A stretch of DNA of 64,000 bases, taken from a virus. Location: the IMG/VR virus record IMGVR_UViG_3300050821_005575, positions 6,981-70,980 of that record. One strand, written 5' to 3'. The notes beneath the pieces are model-generated. The model was not told the origin of the DNA. It ran no database searches and saw only the letters and a program-made list of their open reading frames with translations. The first letter of the stretch is position 1, and every line of letters begins with the position of its first letter. A program made the translations under genes and the position numbers. Shown here one piece after another: positions 28,045 through 38,440 of this stretch.

Positions 28045-29447
28045 GCAAGCTGATCGATGTTGAGGTCCGCGGCGGCCTCGGGGACGTCTTCATCCAGTTT
28101 CACGAGACGACGGCCTACGACGAGATCGACGCGATGAGTCAGGACGACCGGGCGCGCGTCACGATCATCTCGCACAACCCATTCGCCGACGAGATCTTCA
28201 AGTGGCATCCGAAGCGCGACCGGATCGAGATCGTGAAGTCCCGGCACTTCTTCCTGGCGCCGTACGACGTCCCGGGGCCGCGGATCGCCGCCGGGGTCGC
28301 ACCGGTCGCTCCGGCTGGACATCCTGGACGTCAGAGGCAGCCGATCAGATTCTATCCGTCACCTGACGACTTAAAGATCCTGGAGACCGTCGTTCCGAAG
28401 GCTCCGTTCCTTGTCATCGCGCCGACCGCGTCTGGCATGGAGATCGAGAATCGGAACTTCCCTCCTGGGATTATCACGACGATCGTCGATCTTGCCCGGT
28501 CACGACGGATCCCAATTATCTTCGTTGGTAGAACCTACCAAGGGCCGCACGCACCAAAGGCCGCACCGACGTACCCACCAGGAGTCATCGATCTGACAGA
28601 CCTTCTATCAGTACCAGGAACCGCTGAGGTCTTAAAGCGTAGCCGGGCAACTGTCTGCGCGCATTCAGCGTTGCTTCTTTTGAGTTGGTATGAGCGTAAG
28701 CCAAATTTTATATTGATGCCTCCGAGATATAAACACGTTGACTTCGACAACCCGTCGCCATTCGGTTTCGGGAAGGACTTTCCTGAGACCGTTCGGATGA
28801 TGTTTAGTGAGTTCACGTCTCAGAAATTCGATATCTTTCTCGAGAAGAACTTTCAGGAGAATCCTGCCGTGTCAACGATACCGCATCCGATATTTGAATC
28901 CTGGTACGCACCTGGAGGTCAGGGAAGTGGTCCAGGGTCTTCCCCAGCGCACACCGCTCTCTGGCGAATGTTCTTGGAGAGGTTCATTCAGAGGAGTCAC
29001 GTCAAGTCAGTCGTCGACTTCGGCTGCGGAGACTGGCAGTTCTCGCGCCTCGTACGCTGGGGGTCAGTCCCGTACCACGGGGTTGACGTCGTCCCATCAC
29101 TGATCTCCAGTCTCCGTGAGAAGTACACGAGACCTGGAGTCTCATTCTCGTGCGTGGATTCAGAGGACCCAGCTATCCCGGATGGTGACCTCCTCGTGAC
29201 GAAGGATGTTCTGCAGCACCTCCAGAACAATGTCGTCTCGAGGCTTATCGAGAAGTTCCGGAAATTCCGCCTCGTACTGCTAGTGAACGACTGGCACGAG
29301 TCGAATCCGAACTACGAGATCCATACGGCCCAGTGGCGTCCCCTCGACTTCGCGAAGCCGCCGTTCTCGATCGATGTCAGCTTAGCCTTCGACTTCAAGG
29401 ATCAGTGGGGGAAGCGGGCGTACCTCTGGATTCCAGGCGGAAAATAA
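28041..29447 (+). CDS. Glycosyltransferase-like domain fused to a class I SAM methyltransferase
   Basis: N-terminal GGLGD (GT9/GT11-like); C-terminal SGPGS..VVDFGCGD..KDVLQHL. Confidence 0.75.
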   Translation: MSKLIDVEVRGGLGDVFIQFHETTAYDEIDAMSQDDRARVTIISHNPFADEIFKWHPKRDRIEIVKSRHFFLAPYDVPGPRIAAGVAPVAPAGHPGRQRQPIRFYPSPDDLKILETVVPKAPFLVIAPTASGMEIENRNFPPGIITTIVDLARSRRIPIIFVGRTYQGPHAPKAAPTYPPGVIDLTDLLSVPGTAEVLKRSRATVCAHSALLLLSWYERKPNFILMPPRYKHVDFDNPSPFGFGKDFPETVRMMFSEFTSQKFDIFLEKNFQENPAVSTIPHPIFESWYAPGGQGSGPGSSPAHTALWRMFLERFIQRSHVKSVVDFGCGDWQFSRLVRWGSVPYHGVDVVPSLISSLREKYTRPGVSFSCVDSEDPAIPDGDLLVTKDVLQHLQNNVVSRLIEKFRKFRLVLLVNDWHESNPNYEIHTAQWRPLDFAKPPFSIDVSLAFDFKDQWGKRAYLWIPGGK

Positions 29448-29456
29448 AAATCGTAC

Positions 29457-29484
29457 TTGACACTCATACGTATAGGTGTATAAT
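29457..29484 (+). promoter_or_regulatory. Consensus sigma70 promoter
   Basis: TTGACA-N16-TATAAT. Confidence 0.7.
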
Positions 29485-29492
29485 TGGATCGT

Positions 29493-29618
29493 ATGGAAAA
29501 GATCAAGCTGACCGTTCTGTCCTGCGAAAAGTGCAGACACCGTTGGATTCCAAGACATCAGAAGCAACCGGCGGTCTGCCCGAAGTGTAAGCGGAAGGAC
29601 TGGACTGTTAAGAGGTAG
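29493..29618 (+). CDS. 41-aa zinc-finger protein (below the track cutoff)
   Basis: CEKCRHRWIPR...PAVCPKC..W. Confidence 0.65.
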   Translation: MEKIKLTVLSCEKCRHRWIPRHQKQPAVCPKCKRKDWTVKR

Positions 29619-29626
29619 GAGGCTCT

Positions 29627-30496
29627 ATGAAGATCCTCGCGATCGTCGCTATCCTGTGCGCCATCCCTCCTCAGGCGACCGAGCTCACCAAGGCCGAGAA
29701 GGTCCTGGTTGATCGTCCGGACGATCCAGCCGCGAACACGACGCTCGGTGCCTACTACGCGGGGAGCGCTGACTGGGAGCGGGCCATGCCGTACCTCGGC
29801 AAGTCGAAGGCTCCGGAGGTCGTGACCGGCCTCGACGCTGAGAAGAAGGAGGATGGGAACTACCTGACCTGGGTCGAGATCGCCGACGCATGGACGAAGA
29901 AGCTGCCGAAGTCCGGCTCGGTCCGGCAGACCTGCATTGACCGGGCGAACTACTGGTACCTGCGGGCGTGGCCGAATCTCGACGAGGTATGGCGGGCAAA
30001 GCTCCGGGAGCGTCTGGCGCGCCTGTACACTCCGACTACCCCCGGCCGGTCCACTGGCTTTCAGGAGGGCTGGAGCGGCCCTGCCGATGGCGCTCACAAG
30101 GCGCTCCTGACTGCCGAGCGCGTCCACTCCGGCGGAACGGCCATGAAGCTCATCCCGAGTAAGAAGGCGAAGAACGCGCGCCTGCTGTTCACGCCGTCGG
30201 TTGAAGTGAAGCCCGGTAAGAAGGTTGAATTCTCCCTCTGGATCCTGACCGACGGGACCGGCTCCGTCGACGACCACGTCCGCTTCTACATCGACGGGCA
30301 GGTCGGCGCGAAGGCGATCGTGAAAGACTGTCCGATCTGGCAGCGTCTCTCCTTCGAGACAGAGGCTGGCGAGGGTACGATCAAAGCGAACATCGAGGTC
30401 GTTCTATTCTCGACGTTCGGGACGGCGTACGTCGACGACGTCTCCATCAAGATTGACGGGAAGGAAGGTTTGCAGGGCGGGAGCTTCGAGAAATGA
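29627..30496 (+). CDS. Secreted protein with helical domain and carbohydrate-binding-like module
   Basis: Signal peptide MKILAIVAILCAIP; HSG..AMK..WQR..AYVDDVSI..GGSFE (CBM4/9-like). Confidence 0.65.
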   Translation: MKILAIVAILCAIPPQATELTKAEKVLVDRPDDPAANTTLGAYYAGSADWERAMPYLGKSKAPEVVTGLDAEKKEDGNYLTWVEIADAWTKKLPKSGSVRQTCIDRANYWYLRAWPNLDEVWRAKLRERLARLYTPTTPGRSTGFQEGWSGPADGAHKALLTAERVHSGGTAMKLIPSKKAKNARLLFTPSVEVKPGKKVEFSLWILTDGTGSVDDHVRFYIDGQVGAKAIVKDCPIWQRLSFETEAGEGTIKANIEVVLFSTFGTAYVDDVSIKIDGKEGLQGGSFEK

Positions 30497-31224
30497 CTCT
30501 CCGTCGGAACCTCCTGTTTCACTGCTACCCGATCAAGGGGACGCTCTGGCCCTGGCACGTCGAGCGCCTCCTGGAGTACCGGCACGTCTGGAACGGTCGC
30601 CGGATCGTCGTCCTGGCTCTGGACGGCAGGACCGCACCGGAGATCGAGCTCCGCGCCGCCTTCGCCCCGCTAGACGCCGAGATCCTCGTCCGCCGGAACA
30701 TCCCTGGTCTCGCCGAGACGGCGCACTTCATCGAAGCCTTGGGGATCCTGGAGTCCCGTCGACCCGACGAGGCGACCTTCTACGCGCACGCGAAGGGCGT
30801 CACGAAGAAGACGGAGCCCTTGAAGGAGGCTGTCAGGCGCTGGTCGGATCTGCTGTATCGGGCGACGCTGACCTATCCGGATCTGATCGACCGACGGCTC
30901 GCGTCGACCGGGACCGTCGGCTGTCTCCGCTGGACTCACCTGAAGGTCCAGCCGCTCCGGACCGGCTGGTGCTGGGCCGGTACCTTCTTCTGGGTCCGGC
31001 ACGACCTCCTGTTCGCACGGGACTGGCGCCGGATCGCTCAGGAGGTCTACGGAGTCGAGGACTACCCGAGCTGGCAGTTCTCGATTGGCGAGAGCTCCTG
31101 CCTGACCCGCGAGGAGGTCACGCCGGAGGACCTGTACGGCGGCGCCATCGACGAGCTATTCCATCAGGAGACGATGGGCGCGCTCGATATCGAGAATCAA
31201 CGTACTCTGGAGGGTATGAAATGA
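30493..31224 (+). CDS. Putative glycosyltransferase-associated protein
   Basis: FYAHAKG and GTFFW motifs; sits inside the GT cluster. Confidence 0.5.
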   Translation: MTLRRNLLFHCYPIKGTLWPWHVERLLEYRHVWNGRRIVVLALDGRTAPEIELRAAFAPLDAEILVRRNIPGLAETAHFIEALGILESRRPDEATFYAHAKGVTKKTEPLKEAVRRWSDLLYRATLTYPDLIDRRLASTGTVGCLRWTHLKVQPLRTGWCWAGTFFWVRHDLLFARDWRRIAQEVYGVEDYPSWQFSIGESSCLTREEVTPEDLYGGAIDELFHQETMGALDIENQRTLEGMK

Positions 31225-31910
31225 GCGGCAGGCACGCGATCGTCACGGCAGCTCTCGGGCCGTCGCACGCGGCCCTGGCGAAGGTCTCTGTGCCGCTGCT
31301 CGAGAAGTACGCGCTCCGGATCGGCGCCGACCTGTACGTCAACTGTACGCGTCTCTTTCCGGACCGGCATCCCTACTGGGAGAAGTTCGCCCTGAGCAAG
31401 TTTCTTCAGAGCTACGACCGCGTCGCCTGGATCGACATCGACACGATCGTCAATCCAGCTGCGCCGTCGATCTTCGAGGCGGCTCCGGTCGGGAAGTTCT
31501 GCGCCTTCGACGAGGGTCTGGTCTTCGGCGACAGGCAGGAACAGCTCTGGAAGGACTCTGCCTTCTACGGCGTCGGCGGCGACCGGATCGTCGGCTGGCC
31601 CCACAAGTACTTCAACGTCGGTGTCATGGTCATCGAGCCGTCCCACGAGCCCCTGTTCAAGCAGCCGTCGCTCGTCAAATCGGACTCGATCATGCCGGAG
31701 CAGACCTACCTGAACCTGAAGCTCGCGGAGACCCGTACACCCTGTCACGACCTGACCTCGCTTTGGAACGGCCTTCACTCGATCCACGCTGAGGGCGACC
31801 GGAAGCGACTGAACATCGTCCATTACGCGGGCTGGCCGAAGACGCCGGACTGGGTCTATCGCGTGACCACGCAGATGAAGAAGGATCTCGCCGTCTGGGG
31901 TGCCGCGTGA
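31221..31910 (+). CDS. GT-A glycosyltransferase (GT8/GT34-like)
   Basis: WEK..WIDID (DxD), FNVGV, EQTYLN, IVHYAG. Confidence 0.8.
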   Translation: MSGRHAIVTAALGPSHAALAKVSVPLLEKYALRIGADLYVNCTRLFPDRHPYWEKFALSKFLQSYDRVAWIDIDTIVNPAAPSIFEAAPVGKFCAFDEGLVFGDRQEQLWKDSAFYGVGGDRIVGWPHKYFNVGVMVIEPSHEPLFKQPSLVKSDSIMPEQTYLNLKLAETRTPCHDLTSLWNGLHSIHAEGDRKRLNIVHYAGWPKTPDWVYRVTTQMKKDLAVWGAA

Positions 31911-33094
31911 GCGAGGACGAAGCGGTCGCCCTGGCGTCAGACGTCAAGGGTTGGCTGTCCGAACCGGAGATCCGTGTGCTCTATCGGTCTACCGTCGATG
32001 CTCTGAGACGGAATCCGTCTGGTATGATCGTCGAAATCGGCAGCTACCACGGACGTTCGACCGTCGTCCTGGCGTCGGCAGCACGGGACGCAGGTTACGG
32101 CACCCGCATCCTCGCGATCGACCCGCACGAAGGAAACCTGACCGGCCTGCAGGCCGCCCCGAGCTGGGGAGCGTTCCTTGAGAATATCGACCGGTCAGGA
32201 CTCTCAGAGTTCATTGTCCCTCTACTGAATAACTCGTCCGAGGTCGCCCTGTCGTCGTCGGACCGGATCGCCATGCTGCTCGTCGACGGCCTGCATGACG
32301 CCGCGTCCGTCGCGGCCGACTACGCGCACTTCGGTCCACATGTTCCGGTCGGCGGCCTCATCGCCTTCCACGACTACTGGAACACGGACTACCCTGGTGT
32401 CCGGTCCGTCGCCGATGCGCGGATCGTCGACGGCCAGCTCAGGACGTACGCAGCGCCGCCGAAGCCGTCCAAGGATGACAGTCTGCTCGTTACGCAGAAG
32501 CTCCCACGCCTGTCGATCATCATTCCGACCTGCGGGCGCATGTCTCTCGGCCGTACGCTGGAATCAATCGCCCGAGAAGGGGGATTGTTGAGCGACGAGA
32601 TCATCGTCGTTGGGGACGGCCCGCAGCAGGTCGCTCAGACGATCGTGGAGTCATTCAACAATGGTGGGAGGCTGTTTATCCGCTACCTCGAGCACGGGCC
32701 GACCCATGTCAACGGGATTGCCCAGCGGAACTTCGCGATGCCGCTCGCAACCGGAACGCACCTGATGTTCCTCGACGACGATGACGTGCCCGCTGAGGGC
32801 GCCATCCGAACCATCCGTCAGGAGATCGTCGAGAACCCGGACCGGCCGCTGATCTTCCGGGAGGAGTCCCGTACACCGCGGCACCCCTGGGGCGTCGTCT
32901 GGAAGGACCGGGAGATCCGGCGCGGGAACGTCGGCACGCAAGGGATCGTCGTCCCGAACGTCCAAGCGCGTCTCGGCTCCTGGGGTAACTCCTACGAAGG
33001 CGACTACGATTTCGCCAGGACGACGGTCGACCTGTACCCGAACCGCGACAAAGACGTCGTCTGGGTCGATCGGGTCGTCGCGTACCTGTACTAG
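31907..33094 (+). CDS. Methyltransferase (Methyltransf_24-like) fused to GT2 glycosyltransferase
   Basis: VEIGSYHGRS, VDGLH, FHDY; then LSIIIPT, VVGDG, FLDDDD. Confidence 0.85.
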   Translation: MSEDEAVALASDVKGWLSEPEIRVLYRSTVDALRRNPSGMIVEIGSYHGRSTVVLASAARDAGYGTRILAIDPHEGNLTGLQAAPSWGAFLENIDRSGLSEFIVPLLNNSSEVALSSSDRIAMLLVDGLHDAASVAADYAHFGPHVPVGGLIAFHDYWNTDYPGVRSVADARIVDGQLRTYAAPPKPSKDDSLLVTQKLPRLSIIIPTCGRMSLGRTLESIAREGGLLSDEIIVVGDGPQQVAQTIVESFNNGGRLFIRYLEHGPTHVNGIAQRNFAMPLATGTHLMFLDDDDVPAEGAIRTIRQEIVENPDRPLIFREESRTPRHPWGVVWKDREIRRGNVGTQGIVVPNVQARLGSWGNSYEGDYDFARTTVDLYPNRDKDVVWVDRVVAYLY

Positions 33095-33107
33095 TTGGAG
33101 GAATAAA

Positions 33108-33677
33108 ATGAACATCGGAAAACAATTCTCGGTTGACGTTGAAGGAACGGTCTACACGATCGTCTATTCGAAGCACTTCGCGGAACGGTATGACTTGGAT
33201 GAGCCAGGACGCCCGGCAGTCAGGAGGTCCGTCGGCGAGGATCTGATCGAGCAGAAGATCCGGGAAGCTCTACCTGAGATCGACGAAGTCTGCTCGTACA
33301 GACTTCCCGTGTCCGGCATCATCCAGTCTCGCTCGGCGAAGCTGAACATGTCGTTCTCCGTCATAGAAACCTCTCGCGGGCGAATCATTACGATGATGAA
33401 CGCGATGCGGAAGACCGGGTACACGCCGAAGTCAGCGAAGGACTACATCATCCAGGTTAATCCGCCTGTGACGGTCCGCTTCCGACGCGGCATATCAAAG
33501 GGCCTTCAGGAGACAGTTCTGTCCGACCTGATCCCGCAGCTTGGCGGCCTCGAGGATGGAACCGCCTACCATCTTCGCGGAGAAGAGGTCGAGTACTGGG
33601 TTGAGATGGCCGGAGAGAATGCCTACGTGGACGATGCCGACTGGATCCGGGACGTGTATGAAATTCAGGTTTCTTGA
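33108..33677 (+). CDS. Hypothetical two-module protein joined at an NPP motif
   Basis: GGAGG RBS; HFAER motif in the first module. Confidence 0.6.
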   Translation: MNIGKQFSVDVEGTVYTIVYSKHFAERYDLDEPGRPAVRRSVGEDLIEQKIREALPEIDEVCSYRLPVSGIIQSRSAKLNMSFSVIETSRGRIITMMNAMRKTGYTPKSAKDYIIQVNPPVTVRFRRGISKGLQETVLSDLIPQLGGLEDGTAYHLRGEEVEYWVEMAGENAYVDDADWIRDVYEIQVS

Positions 33678-34063
33678 AGTGATTGTAATCCCGATGAAAT
33701 GTGAGTGCGGGCGGCGGCTCCGTCGACTACCTAGGAGTCGTGAGCGGAAGTACGGACGTTCGGTCATGGTTTTGTATTGCCCGAGCTGTAACGTTCTTCT
33801 CGAGAAGAGAATCTCAAAGTAGGCACACTACTACGATTGAGTGCAGCGTGAAGAAGGAAAACAAAGACACGATCGGGTGTTTCCTGGTCGTCAGCGCGGT
33901 CATTATCCTCTTCGCCGCTGTCCTGGCTGTCGCGTTTCGGGTGTTCCGAATGATCGCGTACTAAAAACGACAATGTACGACTGTGAAAACTGCGACGAAG
34001 ACTGCGAGTGTCCGTGTCATGTCGACGGCGGATCTTGCGTCTGAGAGTAGATAGGAGAGAGAG

Positions 34064-34714
34064 ATGATCCCGCCAATTGAGTCGCTCGAGGAGCTTCATC
34101 GAGACATCGTCGTCCGCGACATCAAGATCAATAATCTCAGCGAGCACTGCATGGTCGCTGAGAGGGAGGTTAAGGACCTCAAGGGCGTCGTCTCGCAGAA
34201 GAACGCCCAGGTGGTCCGGCTCGAAGCCGAGAACGTCCGCCTGAAGATGCAGCGGACCGACGCCGAACTCGCCGGGCAGGTCGAGGGACTCCGGAAGGAG
34301 GTCGGCATCAAGGACCGCGCGTTGGTCGACTACAAGCGCCAGCTCGCCATCTTCATCGAGAACGAAAAGCTGATCCTCGCTAGGGCGTCCGCCGCCGAGC
34401 AGAAGGTCGCGACGCTCCAGAACACGCTGACGGCGATGCAGGTCGATCGTGACACGTCAGAGCGCCGGGCTGCCTCCGCATCCGACGTTGCCCGCGAGTC
34501 CGAACGTCTCGTCGCACAGGCCGTCGTGAAGGCGAAGGACGCCGACGAGCGCGCCCGCGTCGCCGTGAAGCCGTACGAGAACCTCCTGCGGCTCGCCGAG
34601 GCCGTCGTCCTGAAGTCGCCGTCACTGAACCGCAACGAGACTGAAGCGAAGTCCTTCCGGACGGCGCTCGAGCTGCACCGGAAGTCGAAGGGACAGTCTG
34701 TGGGACCGGGGTAA
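34064..34714 (+). CDS. Coiled-coil hypothetical protein
   Basis: AGGAG RBS; heptad pattern. Confidence 0.65.
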   Translation: MIPPIESLEELHRDIVVRDIKINNLSEHCMVAEREVKDLKGVVSQKNAQVVRLEAENVRLKMQRTDAELAGQVEGLRKEVGIKDRALVDYKRQLAIFIENEKLILARASAAEQKVATLQNTLTAMQVDRDTSERRAASASDVARESERLVAQAVVKAKDADERARVAVKPYENLLRLAEAVVLKSPSLNRNETEAKSFRTALELHRKSKGQSVGPG

Positions 34715-34803
34715 GGGTAGGGCGGGCCGCGGCCGGGAACGCCCCGGCGCGCGGCCCGCCCCGGTTGGGGCGTGCTTCTAGTCGAAGTATACACGGAGGT
34801 CGC

Positions 34804-35079
34804 GTGACGAAGGTCGAGTTCCTGGAGCGCTGGGCGAAGCGCGCGACAGGCGATAAACCCGTCGAGTCCTTCGAGCGGGACCTCGAGTCGCTGATGGCGA
34901 TGACGATCCGGGCGGCGACCTCAGGGATCGCGAAGGGTCTGAACGCCGCGGCCCGGCAGTCCGTCAGCATCATGCACGAGCGAATCCTGCGAGAGGTCGC
35001 CGCGACTGTCGTCCCGGCCGTCGAGGCGGCGCTCATGAAGGCGAATGGCATCGAGGAAGAGGGAGTCGATCCGAAGTGA
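34804..35079 (+). CDS. Hypothetical protein
   Basis: GGAGG RBS and GTG start. Confidence 0.55.
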   Translation: MTKVEFLERWAKRATGDKPVESFERDLESLMAMTIRAATSGIAKGLNAAARQSVSIMHERILREVAATVVPAVEAALMKANGIEEEGVDPK

Positions 35080-35098
35080 TCGTGTACACGGAGACTTT

Positions 35099-35719
35099 AT
35101 GACGCGCGGCACCGAGCAAGGCAAGAAGATCGACGAGATCGCTCTCGACTGGGATTCGCACCTGATCGTCCGATATCACTCCAGTCGGTACGCTCCGACA
35201 TTCACCGTCGAAGCCGGAAACGAAAGCTTCACGGGAGATAACCTGAAGCTCCTGATCGAGCAGGCCACGGTCTACCTGAGCGGCTGGTCGAAACTGAAGT
35301 GGGAGCCGATCATTGCGATCAGGACAGAGGTCTACGATGACATGCGCCCGAGCTTCGAGCGGCTCTTCCGGTCGAAGCATAAGGGGAAGGCCGTTTACCG
35401 CCGCTGGCGCGTCGGCGAGGACGACGAGCCTGAGTTCGGTTCATACCACAAGGATAAGCACGCCAAGACGGAAAACTCTATGGACGGCGTGCCTGGGAGT
35501 ATCGACCGCGGTCCTGGCGGACGCATCGTCGCTTTCACGCCTGAGCGCTGGACGCAGCTCCGGGGGCTTCGGAAGATGCTCGGGGATGCGATGGAGATCG
35601 CCCAGGCAAAGCTATCGAAGATCCTGGCCGATACGTCCGAGTCCGGATTCGACGCCTTCCTGAAGCAGATCTCGAACGGGGATCGCGCCGCCCTGCCGTT
35701 CAACGCTGCACCGAAGTAA
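35099..35719 (+). CDS. Hypothetical protein
   Basis: GGAG RBS; stop codon lies within family A site 35708. Confidence 0.6.
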   Translation: MTRGTEQGKKIDEIALDWDSHLIVRYHSSRYAPTFTVEAGNESFTGDNLKLLIEQATVYLSGWSKLKWEPIIAIRTEVYDDMRPSFERLFRSKHKGKAVYRRWRVGEDDEPEFGSYHKDKHAKTENSMDGVPGSIDRGPGGRIVAFTPERWTQLRGLRKMLGDAMEIAQAKLSKILADTSESGFDAFLKQISNGDRAALPFNAAPK

Positions 35720-35741
35720 CAATGAGTGCTGTGATGATGCT

Positions 35742-36401
35742 ATGACGAGGTGGTGGGCCTTAGATCCTAGGTTCTTCAGTCAACCGGAGAAGAAGATGAG
35801 ACAATGCACGATCTGCGGAAGCCAAGCCGAGCAGCATATGTGCGGCGGGACTCCGACGCTGCCTCCGTACGATAGCCTGTCGGAAGAGATTCGGAATCTT
35901 CGCGCTGGGCTCGAATCTCTCCAGCGGTCTCATATGCAGGACATGGAGATGGCGATTGAGCAGCGCGATAAGGCGTACAGCGAATTGGACGCCATGAAAC
36001 TTCAGATTGGCGAACAGGCCAAGGCGATTCGGAATGTCCAGCGTGCGCTCATACGGAATGAGAACCGTGAAATCAACATGGGCGAGGCTTGGGCGCTGAT
36101 CACGGAGGCCGTCGCTGAAAAGCCAAAGAGCGAGAGCGGTGAGGCGATGGTCTGGAGGGCCTGCCCAGAGCACAAGCACCACGAGAAGAAGCCGTTCAAG
36201 TGGGGCCCGTCGCCGTGGCACCCCTGCCCGAACTGTGAATACCGGAACATCACCGAGAAACTGGAGACCGGCCCGCAGACGTTCACCGAGAAGCGGTCTG
36301 AGTCCTCACGGAAGATCGAGCATTGCAAGTCGCCCGCCTGCAATGGTGACGACAATTGCCAATGCAAGTGCTATGACTGCCTTCAAATCGTGAACTTCTG
36401 A
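35742..36401 (+). CDS. Hypothetical mosaic protein with Cys clusters
   Basis: Long ORF following family A site 35708. Confidence 0.5.
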   Translation: MTRWWALDPRFFSQPEKKMRQCTICGSQAEQHMCGGTPTLPPYDSLSEEIRNLRAGLESLQRSHMQDMEMAIEQRDKAYSELDAMKLQIGEQAKAIRNVQRALIRNENREINMGEAWALITEAVAEKPKSESGEAMVWRACPEHKHHEKKPFKWGPSPWHPCPNCEYRNITEKLETGPQTFTEKRSESSRKIEHCKSPACNGDDNCQCKCYDCLQIVNF

Positions 36402-36578
36402 AGAACGCATTTAGGATTGACAGATGAATAAGGACATCAAGAAGTGCCCGCCTTGTACCAAGGAAACCGGAAGGCAGGGGTTTGTCATCCGGTACTACCG
36501 GGGCGGGAGAATCCGGCTGCACAAGAAATGCGCCCGGCAGTTCGATCAGAATAGAAGTGCGTTTGGCTTTTGAGCTAT

Positions 36579-36887
36579 ATGACGAAAAGAAGACGCAAAA
36601 GTTCAAGAGAGCCGATCCCCGCCAAGGCAGTCCAGCTTGTCAGGCGATTGGTGAAACGTCTTGGAGAAGACGAGGTGTGGATTCGCTGCCGCTGGAGTTA
36701 CAAAAGCGGCTGGAGCGTCGAGGTCGTCGTGTCGTTCTCGGGATATTACGACCGCGTCAGTAAGCTGCTGCGAGAGGTCAGAGGCTTCAAGTGGGTCGTG
36801 AGTTGGCACAAGGAAGGTCTTGAGCTTCACGTATGGCACGACGACTGGTACGAGAAATTCAAAAAGAATGAGGCTCGTGAATCATGA
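36579..36887 (+). CDS. Hypothetical protein
   Basis: Operon-like packing. Confidence 0.45.
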   Translation: MTKRRRKSSREPIPAKAVQLVRRLVKRLGEDEVWIRCRWSYKSGWSVEVVVSFSGYYDRVSKLLREVRGFKWVVSWHKEGLELHVWHDDWYEKFKKNEARES

Positions 36888-37135
36888 CGTCCGAACAGCG
36901 CAAACTATTGGGCGAGATCATCAACGACGAACTGATGGAGCGCGGCTGGACGCTGGAGGATCTCGCCAAGAAGTCCGAGCTTCAGGCACTCCGTATTCGA
37001 GAGCTTGTTGGCGGGTGCGGGCCAATGACGAAGGTTGTTGCCCTTGGGCTGTCGAACGCCTTCGGCACCTCGATGGAATTCTGGATCAACCTTTGTCACC
37101 AACCCCAAGAAGGGAAGGTGTCAGATCGAAAATAG
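36884..37135 (+). CDS. XRE/HigA-like helix-turn-helix regulator
   Basis: GEIINDELMERGWTLEDLA...ALGLSNAFGTSMEFWINL. Confidence 0.8.
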   Translation: MTSEQRKLLGEIINDELMERGWTLEDLAKKSELQALRIRELVGGCGPMTKVVALGLSNAFGTSMEFWINLCHQPQEGKVSDRK

Positions 37136-37519
37136 GCTCTGTGGTTCCACGCTTCAAGGTCATGGGCCAGACGTCCATTGCAACCTTCCCTATGGACACC
37201 GGAAACTGAAGTGCTTCAGCGCAATCGAATGTCAGGACGGTGTTCTGCTCTGCCTGGAATGGCACTTCGTCCCGGCAGAAGAACGAAAAGCGACCGACAC
37301 TTCCAGCGAAAGGAGTAAGTCATGAGCGATCGAGAAAGAATCGTGAAAGCTTTAGAAGAGGCTCTTCGGAAGACTGAGGAGATTACGAACGCCCAGAGGA
37401 AGCAGTGGCCGAACACAAAAGCTTGGGGCAATACGCTAGCCGCCCGCGAGGCTATGGCAGCGACCTTTCGAGAAGCGATTGAGATTGCTAGGACAGCTTA
37501 GTAGGATAGGCACAGAATA

Positions 37520-38440
37520 ATGGAAGAGTGCAGACTCCATCCGACAGCCGGACGGCACTTCGTCCACGTCTTTCCGAGCGATCCGTTTCTCGGAGAGATC
37601 CGAGACTGCTATAGGTCAGCGGCGCGTCGGATCCCCTGGATGTCGGTTGACGATATTTCGTACTGGCATCCTGACCGACCAGAATGGGGCGACCGTGAGC
37701 GTGTGGTGATATTCTGGGGAGCGTCCCCTGGCTGGATCCCGAGGCACCGACGAGCCGCTGCAGTCCTGCGCTATACAGAGTCTGTCGGAATCCCGGAAGG
37801 TCTGAATCCAGTTCAGCGTCAGCTCGTCGAGCAGTTTTCGGCGTGCTCAGAAGCTTTCGATATGCTACTCGGTGGAACCGTAACAGTCGCCGACTTCTGG
37901 TCCGGGAAGTACAAGATGACCGCCTTCGCGCCGATCGGCTACGAGCCGGAGATCCTCGGTCGACCGGACTGGTCGACGCCGAAGATCGCAGACTTCGCCT
38001 TCCGAGGGAATCTCATCGGCCGTCGGATGTACATCATGAAGAAGCTTCAGAAGTCCTTTCTGAACATCAACTGGATCCACTCGTTCGGCCTCGAGAGGAA
38101 ATTTCAGCTAGATAAAACGCTGATTGACCTGTACATCGGTCATTCCAGCGACCTGAGCTTTCCAGGGATGCGTCTCTGGCAGGGAATCTCTTCGTCGGCG
38201 GCGCTCGTCATGGAGCCTCGGGATGCATGGCCCGCGGTCGCCGGTCGTCACTATATCGAGATCCCTGAGGCCGATCCGGACCTCTTCGGCTTCTTCGTCG
38301 AGAAGCTGCGGGAGCTCCTGCGGGACACCGCCGCCCTTCGGTTGATCGCAGAGACGGCCCATAAGGAGCTCTCGGCCTATACGATCGACCGGTGTATGGA
38401 GGACTTTGTCGTCCCGGCAACGAAGGGGCTGCGCGGGTGA
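37520..38440 (+). CDS. Putative glycosyltransferase (CgeB/Glyco_trans_1_2-like)
   Basis: DFAFRG..R, RLWQ, GRHYI, LIAETA pattern; ATG lies inside family A site 37510. Confidence 0.6.
   Translation: MEECRLHPTAGRHFVHVFPSDPFLGEIRDCYRSAARRIPWMSVDDISYWHPDRPEWGDRERVVIFWGASPGWIPRHRRAAAVLRYTESVGIPEGLNPVQRQLVEQFSACSEAFDMLLGGTVTVADFWSGKYKMTAFAPIGYEPEILGRPDWSTPKIADFAFRGNLIGRRMYIMKKLQKSFLNINWIHSFGLERKFQLDKTLIDLYIGHSSDLSFPGMRLWQGISSSAALVMEPRDAWPAVAGRHYIEIPEADPDLFGFFVEKLRELLRDTAALRLIAETAHKELSAYTIDRCMEDFVVPATKGLRG

Noticed and set aside
34715-34770. GC hairpin as an intrinsic terminator
   Set aside because: Strong stem but no U-tract on either strand, so it is left unassigned.
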